A stretch of 64,000 nucleotides of DNA from Candidatus Cloacimonadales bacterium (GTDB lineage: Bacteria; Cloacimonadota; Cloacimonadia; Cloacimonadales; JAIOQZ01). A program made the position numbers and the translations under genes. Location: the NCBI GenBank assembly GCA_963674825.1, contig OY771587.1, positions 384,001 through 448,000 of the forward strand. The letters are read 5' to 3'. Below, piece by piece: positions 9,016 to 20,900 of the stretch. Below the pieces are notes generated by a model. It ran no database searches. It was given only the letters and a program-made list of their open reading frames with translations, and was not told the DNA's origin. Every line of letters starts with the position of its first letter. The first letter of the stretch is position 1.

Positions 9016-12000
9016 ATGAAATACGGACTGATTTTCATGTTCATAGCGCTCAGCTTTTACGCGCTATCCGGTGAAACAATTACCATCGACCTGCCTGGCA
9101 TCCAACTCGATCGGCAATCCAACATCACACTTTTTACCTCAAGCGAATCCATGCCCATGCCTTCTGAGCCAGGTGCCCCGGCGATACCCGTCGTCACCAG
9201 ATTCTTCGATATCCCATCCGGTATGGACATCGAAAGTATCCACGTTATCGCTGGCGACACAGAGATTGTGTCACTCGCTCAACCGCCTGCACCAGTCCAG
9301 CAACCATCTCCGCTGAGCTATCAAGTGCGTTCACAGTCCATCGACACCCTCGATCCCGACCGTATCCCCACCAAATACCTGCGAAACTATGGCAGCGGAT
9401 ATCGTGGAAACCGGAAAATTGGATGGATCGCCCTTCAGCGCTGTCTCTATCATCCCAATGATCAGACCATCGAAATTCCCGCTCGATTTGAGCTTGAAAT
9501 AACCTACACAACCGATCCCATACAGCCAGCCATACATCAAAGCTCGAATCGTGGTACTGCCGGATACCTTCTTATCGCAAGTGACGAATATCTTGCCACC
9601 CTGGAAAGCCTTGTCGAATGGCGCTATCGCGGTGGATACGATTGTTACACGCAGTCCGTCGAATGGATTGATGCCAATGTAACCGGAAACGATCTCCAGC
9701 AAAAGATCCGCAACTACATCACCCAGATGGTGAACGAACATCAGATCAACTATGTCACGCTTGCAGGCGATTCGGATACCATTCCTGTCCGGCACTTTTT
9801 TGCTTTTGATTGTGCGTACGGAATATACGACGACGAAAACCAGATCCCTTCTGACATGTATTACAGTTGCCTCGATGGAGATTGGGACGCCAATGCGAAC
9901 GGCATCTACGGTGAAGACGATGACGAACCCGACTACTTCCCTGACGTCTATCTCTCACGCATATCGGCCCGATCCAACGAGCATTTTGAGTCCTACATCG
10001 CGCGCCTGATCGAATACGAATCCGGTGTTCTTGATTCCTACGAGACTGCCGGAGGCGTCTCCATGGAGCTCTGGCAGGGTAGCCATAGTGAGGTGGCGCA
10101 ACAATACATCTACGAACGCTATTTCCCTGAAGAATACGACATCACACTCCTCTACGGCAGTGAAAACACCACCGAGAACGCGCTCAGCCTTATCGACCAG
10201 AATCCAAACATCTTCCAGCACACCGGCCACGCGGCATACACCGTCCTCTCGCTGGAAGAAGGCAGCCTCCGTATCACCGACCTTTTGACCATGACCAACG
10301 ACAACGCCGGTATGTTTTACTCCATCGGATGCTGGTCTGCCGCGCTCGACTACCAGTCCATCGGCGAAAAGATCGTCACACCCGATGCCGGTGGGTTCGT
10401 CGCATACATCGGTAATTCACGTTATGGATGGGGTGCTCCAGCAGCTCCGGGATTCGGGTTCTCAGAGTATTTCCAGAAAGAGTTCTTCCACGTTCTTTTC
10501 CAGGGTAATCCCATGCTTTCGCAGGTGAACGAAGAACAGAAGCTACCATTCATACCCATGTATCAGGGAACATCCGTCTATAAATGGTGCGCCTATCAGC
10601 TCAACATGATCGGCGATTCAGCACTCCAGCTTTTCACCAGTCAGCCGGAGGAAATCGCCTATACCGTCCAGTCCAGCGAAAGCGAAATCATCTTCAACGT
10701 ATATTCCCAAGCCAGCGGCCTCCCCATCGAGGGCTCTTGGGTAAGCCTCGGCGGAACGATTCGCGCGCAGACCGACAGCTCCGGCAGAGCAATCATCCCC
10801 ATCGATCGACCAGTTCTGGGTATGCTTACCATCATCGCGCCGGGATTCATTGCAGTACATGTTGAGGACTTCTATAGCGACAGCTATCTGCAACCCTACG
10901 TCAGCGAAGTACATTGGGATGATGACAGCAATCTCGTTGCGCCGGGCTCATCGTTCTCCGTTGACATCGTCTTGACCAATCCGACCGCGCAGATTTTCAC
11001 GCTCGAATACCAGCTTGCAGACGCAAATGAACTCATCACCTTCGATGACAACGCCGGAACAATCCTCCTGACACCCAACAACCCGGTTCAGACCATCACA
11101 GTCACTGGCATCCTGGATGATTACAGCAGCTCATTCGATGGCATCGATGCAATACCAATCGACCTTACCTGCCAGCAAGGCGAGGCAACTATCCTGACCC
11201 ACTCTATCAACCTCGAAGTAGCCAGACCGGGCTTTGCTCTCGCAATCGATCCGGTCGTAACCTCCAATTTCCACCTGCTATTACACACAAACGTGACAAA
11301 CTCCGGCAACCTCTCCACCATGCAGTTTTTCGTCGATGGCACCTTCATCTCGGATGACGCCACACTCGACAATGTCCCACTGGAGATCAGCCTGCCTTAT
11401 ATGATCGATGACATCATCGAATTCGATCTTCCCGTCACAGTCTCAGATTCGCAGCCGACCATGTCGGTGCTGGAACTGGAACTTACTTTCCGCACCTATT
11501 ATGAAGAGCAGGTGTTCGAGGAAACGCAGCTTGTATCGATACCATATGGTAGTTTGAGTATCGAAGAGGATTTCGAAGGCGACAATATGTGGATGTATGA
11601 AGAACCCTGGCAAACAGTCGATACCTATGCCTTCAGTGGTACAAACAGCTTTTCCTGTCGTCCATCCGTATCGGGTTTCTACACCGCATTGACGGATTGG
11701 TCCGCATTGATGGAAGATGCGGAGCTCAGCTTCCAGTACAAGTACAAGATGCCCATGTACGGCGACGACGGCGTCTTCATCATATACGAAACAGACACAT
11801 TCGCCGATACACTTCTTTTCCTCGGTGCCGGCGGCGCATTGGACGATCGCGACCGTCCAGTACCGCAGGTATATATCGAAGGCGATTGGGCCGAATATCG
11901 TATCGACCTCTCCGATCATCTCATCGACGCTGAGGATCACTTCGGTGAATATTTCCACATCCGGTTTGACTTCCTCTGCTCGGAGATCATCGAGGGCTTC

Positions 12001-12363
12001 ACTGAGTATGGCAGCATGGATGAAATCGGCATATTCATCGATGACTTCAGCTATCAGCCACCTGAGATCGATTTCGATATCGATGAAGATGAAGGAAAAC
12101 CAATCACTTTATCCATCTACCCCAATCCTGTATGCGGCAACTTCTTGAACATCGCCTTCTCGATTCCATCGGATAAAAATGCCAGCGTCGAAATCTTCAA
12201 CATACGCGGTCAGAAAGTCCGCAGCTTCGATCCGACCGATAAGCGCTCTGTGATCTGGGACTTGCAAGATGCAACCGGAAAGAAGGCGGCATCGGGCATC
12301 TATTTCGCGCGGATTAAATCTGCCGGCAAACAGATAATCCGAAAATTCCTGGTGATACGGTGA
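9016..12363 (+). CDS. C25-family (gingipain-like) cysteine peptidase with propeptide and C-terminal sorting domain
   Basis: Signal peptide MKYGLIF after GAGGAAGG RBS; propeptide PGAPAIP; LAGD, SDMYYSCLDG, HTGH, SIGC, IGNSRYGW; CTD YPNP...IFNIRGQKV...SGIYF. Confidence 0.88.
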   Translation: MKYGLIFMFIALSFYALSGETITIDLPGIQLDRQSNITLFTSSESMPMPSEPGAPAIPVVTRFFDIPSGMDIESIHVIAGDTEIVSLAQPPAPVQQPSPLSYQVRSQSIDTLDPDRIPTKYLRNYGSGYRGNRKIGWIALQRCLYHPNDQTIEIPARFELEITYTTDPIQPAIHQSSNRGTAGYLLIASDEYLATLESLVEWRYRGGYDCYTQSVEWIDANVTGNDLQQKIRNYITQMVNEHQINYVTLAGDSDTIPVRHFFAFDCAYGIYDDENQIPSDMYYSCLDGDWDANANGIYGEDDDEPDYFPDVYLSRISARSNEHFESYIARLIEYESGVLDSYETAGGVSMELWQGSHSEVAQQYIYERYFPEEYDITLLYGSENTTENALSLIDQNPNIFQHTGHAAYTVLSLEEGSLRITDLLTMTNDNAGMFYSIGCWSAALDYQSIGEKIVTPDAGGFVAYIGNSRYGWGAPAAPGFGFSEYFQKEFFHVLFQGNPMLSQVNEEQKLPFIPMYQGTSVYKWCAYQLNMIGDSALQLFTSQPEEIAYTVQSSESEIIFNVYSQASGLPIEGSWVSLGGTIRAQTDSSGRAIIPIDRPVLGMLTIIAPGFIAVHVEDFYSDSYLQPYVSEVHWDDDSNLVAPGSSFSVDIVLTNPTAQIFTLEYQLADANELITFDDNAGTILLTPNNPVQTITVTGILDDYSSSFDGIDAIPIDLTCQQGEATILTHSINLEVARPGFALAIDPVVTSNFHLLLHTNVTNSGNLSTMQFFVDGTFISDDATLDNVPLEISLPYMIDDIIEFDLPVTVSDSQPTMSVLELELTFRTYYEEQVFEETQLVSIPYGSLSIEEDFEGDNMWMYEEPWQTVDTYAFSGTNSFSCRPSVSGFYTALTDWSALMEDAELSFQYKYKMPMYGDDGVFIIYETDTFADTLLFLGAGGALDDRDRPVPQVYIEGDWAEYRIDLSDHLIDAEDHFGEYFHIRFDFLCSEIIEGFTEYGSMDEIGIFIDDFSYQPPEIDFDIDEDEGKPITLSIYPNPVCGNFLNIAFSIPSDKNASVEIFNIRGQKVRSFDPTDKRSVIWDLQDATGKKAASGIYFARIKSAGKQIIRKFLVIR

Positions 12364-14285
12364 AACGCATAGTACTGATCCTCTACGTGATTCTGACTGC
12401 ATGCCTCCTGCATACTGAATTCCCCATAGGCACCTACTCTTACATCAGAAGCGATTACGATGAAGAGTTGTTCTCTCTGATAGGAGAAGCAAACTACACC
12501 TTCCACGTCGCAGAAAACATGCCGGACAACAGCAATTCAGCAAAGACATTGCTTGATCGTTCCGGCAAATACGGCCTCAAAGTTCTGCTAATCGACCGTA
12601 AAGAACTATACAGCTACATGCAATCCAATTACCTCTGCCTGGAGCCCGAAATCCAGGACGACTGGTATGTGCTTGGTCAGGATACCGGATCCCCATTTGG
12701 CGAAAGCTGGGTATGCGATTCAGCTCGTGACGAAAAAGGATTCGTCTTTAAAAGACTGCGTTACCGGGGCAATGGCAAGGCCGTCGGGAAGATATTCCAG
12801 GTTGATGAGGACGACACCATCTATTTCAGACTGAGGCTTTCCTGGTCCGATGACGGATTAATCCATCCCGATAATTTCCAGCCGGTTACCGCCAACCTGT
12901 TTTGTTATTCCAACAACAGCAAGAAAAGGCAGATTTTGCGTGTATTCAACAACGCAAGCTTCACCAACCTCCTGGAGAAGAAATCGGGTAAAGGCTACTT
13001 CGAGCATACATTCTCCTGCCCTGTGTCCAGCATCCCGGCTGAATTCAAGCAGTCCTTCGATTACGGAGTGTTGCTCACGGGTCTCGATTTCCAGCTTCGA
13101 TGGAATGGTGGAGGACTTCTGCGAGTCGATAAACTGGAAATCTTCGATGGCGCTTATAAGAAGCTATTATACAACAGCAAATTCGAATCGACTCTCAGAA
13201 ACAGGAAGCTGCTCGCAGAAAACCCCTTTCTGATGGGATTCTACGCCAAGGACGAGCCCAACACTCCGCAGTTCGAAGGCCTCCGAGTCTTTAAAGAGAA
13301 GCTCGGGCGCGTTCCGATTCTCACCGCTAACTGGGTTCGCCAATACGAGGATTCGGACGGCAGCTATGAGCCCTGGGACGATTTTCTGGAAACCACTGAC
13401 TTCGATTACATTATGCCCGATATCTACCCGGTCAAGGCGAACGCTCGATGGAATACCAGTCCGGAATTCATGTCATGGCATATACAGGATCATATCGATT
13501 CCATGCTGGAGCTTTACCGCTTGAACAAGCAAAGTGCTGTGGATCACCATGCCAAGTTCTTCGCCGTGGTGCAGACAACCGGTTATTGGTATGGTAACGA
13601 CCTGAAGAAAGGCGAATGGACCGGTAGTCTCCTGCCACCACCTGAGATGATCAAATGTCTGCGTTATCTGCCATTATGCTACGGGGCAAATGGGATCATC
13701 GACTGGAAACTCCGGTCTTCCAAACGAAACCTCACCAACAAGGAATGGGATTACAGCTATCACCAGTCGCCTCTTGATGTCAGCAATAGAAAGACACCAC
13801 AGTACAAAGCCATTCAAGAGAGCAATGTCCGGATCCGTAAATACGGAGATATCCTGAACAAGCTGAAATGGCTTGGAGCACATCACGATCCCAAAGAAAT
13901 TGTACGGATTACATTTGAGCTGAGCAAAGTAAACGTAACCTCAGCAGAGCATTGCGCATATGACGGCTTTGTGGAAGTCGGGGTGTTTCAAGGCGCATCC
14001 CTCTATTTCATGATCGTAAATCGCCGTACGAATTTCCTCAAGCCGGATTTTGTCGATTTCAAAGGCGCATTGAAGGATGTGGGAGCAACCGGAAAGGATG
14101 TAGCCAATGCCTTCGAACCTGCACCAAATCAGATCCTGGAGCTACAATTCAACGATAGCTATAGCAAGAAATGGTATCTGGAAGAAACGATAAGTAAGGA
14201 GCGTATCTATCTGGATTCCAGCAACACAGCTCGCATTGACATCGAAGCCGGCGAAGGAAGGCTCTTCAAGCTTACGGCTGAATAA
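12360..14285 (+). CDS. Secreted hypothetical protein, possibly glycoside-hydrolase-like TIM barrel
   Basis: GTG start overlaps the C25 stop; signal peptide; FYAKDEP, PDIYP and YGANGI motifs are typical of clan-A-like barrels. Confidence 0.55.
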   Translation: MKRIVLILYVILTACLLHTEFPIGTYSYIRSDYDEELFSLIGEANYTFHVAENMPDNSNSAKTLLDRSGKYGLKVLLIDRKELYSYMQSNYLCLEPEIQDDWYVLGQDTGSPFGESWVCDSARDEKGFVFKRLRYRGNGKAVGKIFQVDEDDTIYFRLRLSWSDDGLIHPDNFQPVTANLFCYSNNSKKRQILRVFNNASFTNLLEKKSGKGYFEHTFSCPVSSIPAEFKQSFDYGVLLTGLDFQLRWNGGGLLRVDKLEIFDGAYKKLLYNSKFESTLRNRKLLAENPFLMGFYAKDEPNTPQFEGLRVFKEKLGRVPILTANWVRQYEDSDGSYEPWDDFLETTDFDYIMPDIYPVKANARWNTSPEFMSWHIQDHIDSMLELYRLNKQSAVDHHAKFFAVVQTTGYWYGNDLKKGEWTGSLLPPPEMIKCLRYLPLCYGANGIIDWKLRSSKRNLTNKEWDYSYHQSPLDVSNRKTPQYKAIQESNVRIRKYGDILNKLKWLGAHHDPKEIVRITFELSKVNVTSAEHCAYDGFVEVGVFQGASLYFMIVNRRTNFLKPDFVDFKGALKDVGATGKDVANAFEPAPNQILELQFNDSYSKKWYLEETISKERIYLDSSNTARIDIEAGEGRLFKLTAE

Positions 14286-15036
14286 GATCCTGAGGAAAAA
14301 GTCCCAAGGCTCCCTTGAAAACATGCATATCCAGGATGAAAAGTAACGCGAACGGAACAAAGAACAGAATCGTCGTGATTCCGCTAGCAAAAAAAGACTT
14401 CAGAAAAGTACCGAAGCGTTTTCGCTGCGTCAGACTGATATAAAAATACATCGGCACGCCGATCATGACAATGAATGTCATGTAGGCATGAAACTTCGAC
14501 CAGTATAATGTCAACGTCACCAGTGAATTGAATAGATTCGCATGGCCAATGGCATACATATTCACAATGAGATGTTCTGAGAAATTGAGCTTCCACTCCC
14601 TGAAAAACCACTTCGTCATCAACGCGTAAATAGGTAGAGATATCAGGAACATCGCGTTCATATTACTGGTTGTCCACAGGTTTATGTTTCTTACAACACC
14701 ATCCACTTCGATCTTCGCCATGTTTGCGTTTTGTGGATCGATTATCACATTCAGAATCGACATCAGCGCGGTCGTCCAGAAAAGATAACGGAGTGGATCA
14801 TAGATTGGCTTACGACGTCCGTTCAGATACTGCTTGATAACACTTCCGGGCCTGGCGGTCAACTCCCTGATGATAAACATCATACCATGTTCGACGTCGA
14901 ATGTGTTCACCAGTTTCATTATAATAAGCGAAAACGTGAACCGCCTGGTCGATGCTTCCTGGCCGCATATCGGGCAAAAGTTGCCTTCGAAATGGTTTCC
15001 ACAATTGAGGCACGTTATAATCGGGTCATTCATCAA
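14272..15036 (-). CDS. DUF3667-domain membrane protein
   Basis: N-terminal CLNC...FCPICGQ zinc ribbon, ELTARPG...YLNGRRK..YDPLRY, then transmembrane helices. Confidence 0.8.
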   Translation of the reverse strand: MMNDPIITCLNCGNHFEGNFCPICGQEASTRRFTFSLIIMKLVNTFDVEHGMMFIIRELTARPGSVIKQYLNGRRKPIYDPLRYLFWTTALMSILNVIIDPQNANMAKIEVDGVVRNINLWTTSNMNAMFLISLPIYALMTKWFFREWKLNFSEHLIVNMYAIGHANLFNSLVTLTLYWSKFHAYMTFIVMIGVPMYFYISLTQRKRFGTFLKSFFASGITTILFFVPFALLFILDMHVFKGALGLFPQDLIQP

Positions 15037-15126
15037 GAGCCACCAAGTTTTTTTTCAATAATGAAGTAAATTCGCGCTTGTCAATTCGTTTTTTTCAAAA
15101 ATCTTATTTTTATTGAACTCATTTGA

Positions 15127-15154
15127 TTGACAAATCTGACCTTCATGGTATTAT
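15127..15154 (+). promoter_or_regulatory. Sigma70-type promoter for the S74 fibre operon
   Basis: TTGACA-16 nt-TATTAT with TGn extended -10; GGGAGG RBS before ATG 15202. Confidence 0.65.
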
Positions 15155-15201
15155 GAGGTGGTAAATTGGTGAGATATTTTTAAAAAATACAGGGAGGATC
15201 C

Positions 15202-17949
15202 ATGAAGGCTTTACGAGGGGCTTTTCTACTCTTTACAATCCTGCTTTGTCTGGTTTCAGCTATTTATGCCGATGAAGCACTATTCTATGTCAGCACGGCT
15301 GAAGGCGACACAATCTTCGCCGTATATCCCTCAGGTATCAAGGTTCGAAACGAGACTGGCGAAGACATCTTCATCGCAGACCGCGACAGCGTTCGTATTT
15401 ATGTGGATGAAGATGAATCGCGCACAAGTCGCGGCAGCTTCGCAATCGGTGGAATCGGCAGCGCAACACGCGAGCCGGCAACAGAATATTTCCGCGTATC
15501 ACCGGATAGTGTACGCGTTTACCTGAAAGAAAATAACAACCGAACCAGTCGCGGTGGGTTTGCGATTGGCGGTGTCGCCAGCGCAACACGTCCCGGGGGT
15601 AATAGCTTCTTCAACCTGGAGAACACAAACAACCCGGAGATAATCACTCCCAGCGAACCACGCCTGCTCTGGTATCCCTATAAAGAAGCGTTCCGGGTCG
15701 GCCATGTGCTGATCGATTCGCCTGACAGCGTGGGAACGAACTCACTCGCAACCGGTTACGAATCCAAGGCGATCGGTGACTATTCACAAGCACTCGGATA
15801 TCAAGCCAGAGCTCTTGCTGATTATTCTACTGCAATCGGCCTTCACGCCAATGCCCGTGGCGAAAGCTCTTTCGCATATGGCGACCTTGCTGAAGCCAAC
15901 GGCGACGGCTCATTCGCCTTCGGTTCCGTGGCGCGGGATACGCTCGGTAACGTTGTTTATGGCGCAACCGCGGCAAAAGCGGACGGTAATTACTCCTTCG
16001 CTTTGGGTATGGGAGCAAGAACTGGCGGCATCTGCTCGATGGCGATCGGATTCAATGCCAATGCCGAAACCGGAAACTCGCTCGCACTCGGTAGAAATAC
16101 TTCAGCTACCGGTAATAATTCTGTTGCGATCGGTTACGGCTCAGAAGCCAGTGCTTACAACGCAATGGCAGCCGGTTTTTATGCAGAGGCTTCAGGATCC
16201 TATTCAACCGCGCTTGGTTACCATGCAAGCGCTATCGGTGCGTACAGTCTCGCAATAGGACGCAATAACGAAGCAGAAGGTGAATTTAGTACTGCTATTG
16301 GTACATACAATCAGGCACTCGGTGATTACTCTGTCGCTCTGGGGCGTGACTCTGTCACTGGCGATTATGGCACCGCTTCCGGTTGCGATAATGAAGCTAC
16401 AGGCGATTACGGTGTTGCAATGGGTAGAAACAACATCGCCTCAGGTACGTACGCAGTGGCAATGGGCGGATACAGTCAGGCAACTGGCGACTATTCTACA
16501 GCATTCGGACGCAACGCTATCGCAAACGGTACCTACGCTGTAGCACTGGGTGGATTCGTTACCGCGGACTCGAGCTACTCTGTCGCGATGGGCCGTGACA
16601 GCGAAGCCAACAACGACTACGCTGTAGCTATCGGGTATTCCTGCGAATCGAACGGACTCTACGCAGTTTCACTCGGTTATAACAACACATCCAATGGACA
16701 ATACAGCTTCTCGACCGGCCAGACCTGCCAGTCAAACGGTTACTACTCTTTCGCAGCAGGTAGCAACAGCGTTGCCGCATCGAATGGTGCAATTGCAATT
16801 GGTGACGCCTGCCAAGCTCTCGACGCATGGACCATCGCTCTCGGTGATGACACCGTCGCAGATGGACAACATGCAGTCGCGATCGGTGATGGCGCTGAAG
16901 CAACATATTCCAATGCCGTCGCAATCGGTGAGGATGTGACAGCCGATGCACTGAACGGTTGGGCTTTGGGCCGAAGAGCATCGAATGGCGGATATTACGG
17001 TGGTTTCGTCTGGGGCGACCGCAGCTCTACTTCCATCGTCACCAACGATAAATACAACCAGTTCAAGGTCCGCGCAGCCGGTGGGTACGTATTCCATACC
17101 GATTCAGCACTCACTGAAGGGAAAACTGTCTATATCTCGGATTACGAAGGCGCATTAGGCCTTGGAACTTCGGATCCTCAACACAAACTTCACCTTGTTG
17201 ATACTGTTGAGATCAGCAATGGAACCGACGGCGCGTTCATCGATATAGAGAACACCTACGACACTTACGGTGCAATGGCGGGTATCCGCTTTAAAAACGG
17301 CATCCAGACCGACGTATTCAAAGGTGGTATCTTCTTCAACGACGCTACAACCTGGGGACGTGGAAACATGGTCTTTGCGCTGTCAAACACAACCGATGAA
17401 GTCGATGTCGATCGCGACGACGCCGATATGGTTATATACAGCAATGGTAACATCGGTATTGGAACACCAGAAAACACCAATCCCAACACAAAGCTCAGCG
17501 TGAATGGCTCAATCTGGCCCTACTCGGATAGCGGTGGAAACCTCGGAACCAGCACACGACGCTGGAACTATATCTATGCAGCCCACAGTACAATCCAGAC
17601 TTCGGATCGTCGCCTGAAAAAGGATATCAATGATCTTAACTACGGACTCGACGCAGTCATGAAACTTCGTCCGGTCCGCTTCAAATGGAAAGATAATGAA
17701 GACCAGAGCGATAACCTCGGCCTCATCGCGCAGGAAACACAGCAGGTTATCCCGGAAGTTGTCAACGTCGGCGACGACGAAGATCAAACCCTCGGGCTGA
17801 AATACGCCGAGTTGGTTCCCGTCCTCATCAAGGCAATCCAGGAACAACAACAGCAAATCGAAAAGACACAGCAGGAAGTGGAATTACTCAAGCAGCAGTT
17901 GGCAAAGGAAAAGAGTCGTAACAGCGAAAACGTCGCCAGCTCGAAATAA
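15202..17949 (+). CDS. Secreted trimeric fibre/adhesin: YadA-head-like repeats plus C-terminal Peptidase S74 intramolecular chaperone
   Basis: Signal peptide; ~14-aa AxGxxSxAxG repeats (~15730-16990); TSDRRLKKDI...GLIAQE...Y..LVPVLIKAIQEQQ coiled coil. Confidence 0.88.
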   Translation: MKALRGAFLLFTILLCLVSAIYADEALFYVSTAEGDTIFAVYPSGIKVRNETGEDIFIADRDSVRIYVDEDESRTSRGSFAIGGIGSATREPATEYFRVSPDSVRVYLKENNNRTSRGGFAIGGVASATRPGGNSFFNLENTNNPEIITPSEPRLLWYPYKEAFRVGHVLIDSPDSVGTNSLATGYESKAIGDYSQALGYQARALADYSTAIGLHANARGESSFAYGDLAEANGDGSFAFGSVARDTLGNVVYGATAAKADGNYSFALGMGARTGGICSMAIGFNANAETGNSLALGRNTSATGNNSVAIGYGSEASAYNAMAAGFYAEASGSYSTALGYHASAIGAYSLAIGRNNEAEGEFSTAIGTYNQALGDYSVALGRDSVTGDYGTASGCDNEATGDYGVAMGRNNIASGTYAVAMGGYSQATGDYSTAFGRNAIANGTYAVALGGFVTADSSYSVAMGRDSEANNDYAVAIGYSCESNGLYAVSLGYNNTSNGQYSFSTGQTCQSNGYYSFAAGSNSVAASNGAIAIGDACQALDAWTIALGDDTVADGQHAVAIGDGAEATYSNAVAIGEDVTADALNGWALGRRASNGGYYGGFVWGDRSSTSIVTNDKYNQFKVRAAGGYVFHTDSALTEGKTVYISDYEGALGLGTSDPQHKLHLVDTVEISNGTDGAFIDIENTYDTYGAMAGIRFKNGIQTDVFKGGIFFNDATTWGRGNMVFALSNTTDEVDVDRDDADMVIYSNGNIGIGTPENTNPNTKLSVNGSIWPYSDSGGNLGTSTRRWNYIYAAHSTIQTSDRRLKKDINDLNYGLDAVMKLRPVRFKWKDNEDQSDNLGLIAQETQQVIPEVVNVGDDEDQTLGLKYAELVPVLIKAIQEQQQQIEKTQQEVELLKQQLAKEKSRNSENVASSK

Positions 17950-17961
17950 GGGGATATCAAC

Positions 17962-20900
17962 ATGAGAATAAACCGTATCCTCTTGATGATGATCATCCTG
18001 CTATGGTCGTTTCTATTCGCCGATGTCCACATCACGGAAGGCGGCGTTGTGGGTACCGGCCAGCAAGGGCAGATTCATCTGAAACAAAACCTGCGCAACG
18101 ATGGGCAGTTTGTATATACCAGCAGCCATATCCGTTTCTTTGGAGATGGTGTCAGCAACGTGTTTGGCAATTCAGGTCTCTATGTCCGGCGATTGGTGCT
18201 GGACAAGGCATCCGATGGCTTCCTATACCTGATGGAACCCGTTGGTGTCGGAGATTCGCTTCTACTGAAATCTGGAACGATCGATTGCCCGGTGGGCGGA
18301 AGATCGGCTGTTTCGCTCCAGGCAGAAAGCAATAACTTGAAAGCTGCCGGATCAAAAGAAAACGCTGACCTGCAAGCCGCCAGTTCCATCGATAACGCTA
18401 AGAAAGAACTCCAATCCACTCGCAGTAAGAAATCATTCACAAGGATGATCGAACCCGTCTTCGAGTTCGAAGCCGCGAGCCGTGAATCGGCATTGCTACC
18501 GCTGAACGTTACCGAACGCGACGGCAGCCTGACGCTGGCAGATGGTGCGACCATACGCGCCTTTTCAGGTGGATTGGCACAGACCCCCATTTTGAATGGC
18601 AACTACAATATCATTTACGAGTACTCACGCACGACCAATGGTGAGTTGGTCTCAGACATGAATGCGCTTCGCGCTGTTACACTCGATATGTCGTACGGTA
18701 CGATAACCCTCGACAAGGATACCTGGATCAATCAATATCTCGACCTGAATACCAACTACATTGATACGGGTGACTTTACGCTGACAATGGGACCTACTGC
18801 TCCGGTTGTTGGCAGCCCGGATAATATTACCGGAACGATTGTCGGCGCGCCCATCTACGTTGGGAATAGCTCATACGTCAATTCGACGTTCCTTTATTAC
18901 ATCACTTCGGGCTCTTCTATCGGAAACCTCTATGGCTTGATGTTCACAGAACCGGAGACTCTGGGCACCACTGAATCGATCAACAGGCTATGGTATCTTG
19001 ATTCGGATATCTCGCCCTTCAGCAGAAACATGCAATTCGGCTGGACATCATCTGAAGATAACGGACTTGATCTGACCAATGTTCAGCTCTGGAACGCAAC
19101 CAACCGAAACTATTGGGTCGCGTTCGGCGAACCGGAAGACCTCAGCAGCAGCGGTACAATCCGTGCCATTGCGGCTTACGGCGTCAGCAGCCTGGGCTGG
19201 TGGACAGTCGGACATCCTCTGTTCAACGTATCCACAACAGCCATTAACCTGGGAAGTGTCGAAGTTGGTGAAAGCGCATATTCAAGCATTACGATCTCCA
19301 ACATCACTGAGAGCAACCAGTATGGCTATGTGATTACACCCGAGTGGATCGAGCCGAACATCTCGACTCGTACTCGTGACGCTGCCAGGCGCGAGCGTAG
19401 CGACAGCCGCGATGAAGACGACCAGAACCGGGCCTATGCCTACTACTCCATCCCACCGTCTTCTTCGATTCAGGTAACGCTGGTCAGCACACCGGAAGTT
19501 CCGGGCGCTTTCTACGAAGAGATTCTGGTTCGCTGCAACCAGACCGGGCATCCCACACGTGTCATCACGGTGACGGGAACAGCCGTCATGCCCGATATCG
19601 TGTTGTCCCCCACCGAATTCACTGCCTCTCAGGCAACGGATGAGGTAACGTCTCAGTCGCTTTCCATCCATAACGCTGGACAGATGCAGCTCGATTACTC
19701 AGTCAGTATCGGATCGAGTTCGTTGAGTGAAACATTCGACGGCGATTTTCCTCCGGAAGGCTGGACAACACAGATTTTGCAGCAATCCACAGCCTGGACG
19801 CAGTCAGCCGAGTACGGCCAGAACGATTCTTACTCTGCTGTGGCAGATTGGCACTATGTATATGATAGCAGGCTGATCACACCGCCGGTTACCATCATTG
19901 GGCCTACGGTTCTTTCATACTGGGTCCGCTCGCAGGACTTCCCGTATTACGGCGGAATGCTCGATGTGGAAGTTTCTACTGATGGCGAAACCTGGACAAG
20001 CATCGACTCCTATAACCAGGATACACTGACACAGCAATTTACTTATAAAACGCTCGATCTGACAGCCTATGGCGGATCGACAATCTACATAGCCTTCAGA
20101 GCCTACGAAAACTACTGGGCCGACGGTGTCTTCCTCGATGACGTACGAGTCATGAACACGTCGCCACCATCATGGCTCACAGTAAACGACAGCGATTCGT
20201 GGGAATCCAGTATCGCCGCCGGAGGAGCAGATCACGAGCTGACCATCTCATTCGATTCTTCCGGACTCGCAGATGGGACCTATTCCAGCGATCTGGTCAT
20301 TTCGAGCAATGATCCCTTTGAACCGAATATCACAATCCCGATAACGCTCAGTGTCGAGACACCTGCATGCCAGCTTTCGGCGAATGACATCAACTTCGGG
20401 ACGGTCATCCTTGGAGAGAGTGCGACGCGGCAGTTCACGATCTCGAATCCGGGGCACGCGCTGTTATGCGGAACGATGAGTACGCCAGCCGAATACGACC
20501 TGACGCTTGTCAGCACACGTTCCAGCGCGCATAGAGAGGATAGCGTTCAGTTTGAATCGCTAAACGACGGTACGACCCGCGAATCCATGCTCTTCTGCAT
20601 TGCCGCAGGCTCGTCGAAGCAATACCAGATCACCTTCACGCCCTCTGAAATAGGCGACTATGAGGACGTGCTAACTGTTGAGCACAATGCCCCGGGAACC
20701 CCGAATCATATCGGCCTCTGGGCTACAGCGATAACACTGCCAACCGTACAGACCATCGCAGTCGGCTCGATAAGCAATAACACAGCGGAAGTCACTGGTG
20801 TCGTTACGGCTAGTGGCGGAATTGCTGTCACATCACGCGGTGTGTGTTGGGATACGCAGGAACAACCCACTCTGGATGATAATTACACCGTAGAGGGTTA

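Noticed and set aside
15730..16990. CRISPR-like or DGR-like periodic DNA
   Set aside because: The periodicity is degenerate protein-level YadA-type repeat coding; there are no identical repeats with spacers and no reverse transcriptase.
15202..17949. Prophage tail fibre
   Set aside because: It has a Sec signal peptide and a host-type promoter, with no phage genes nearby.
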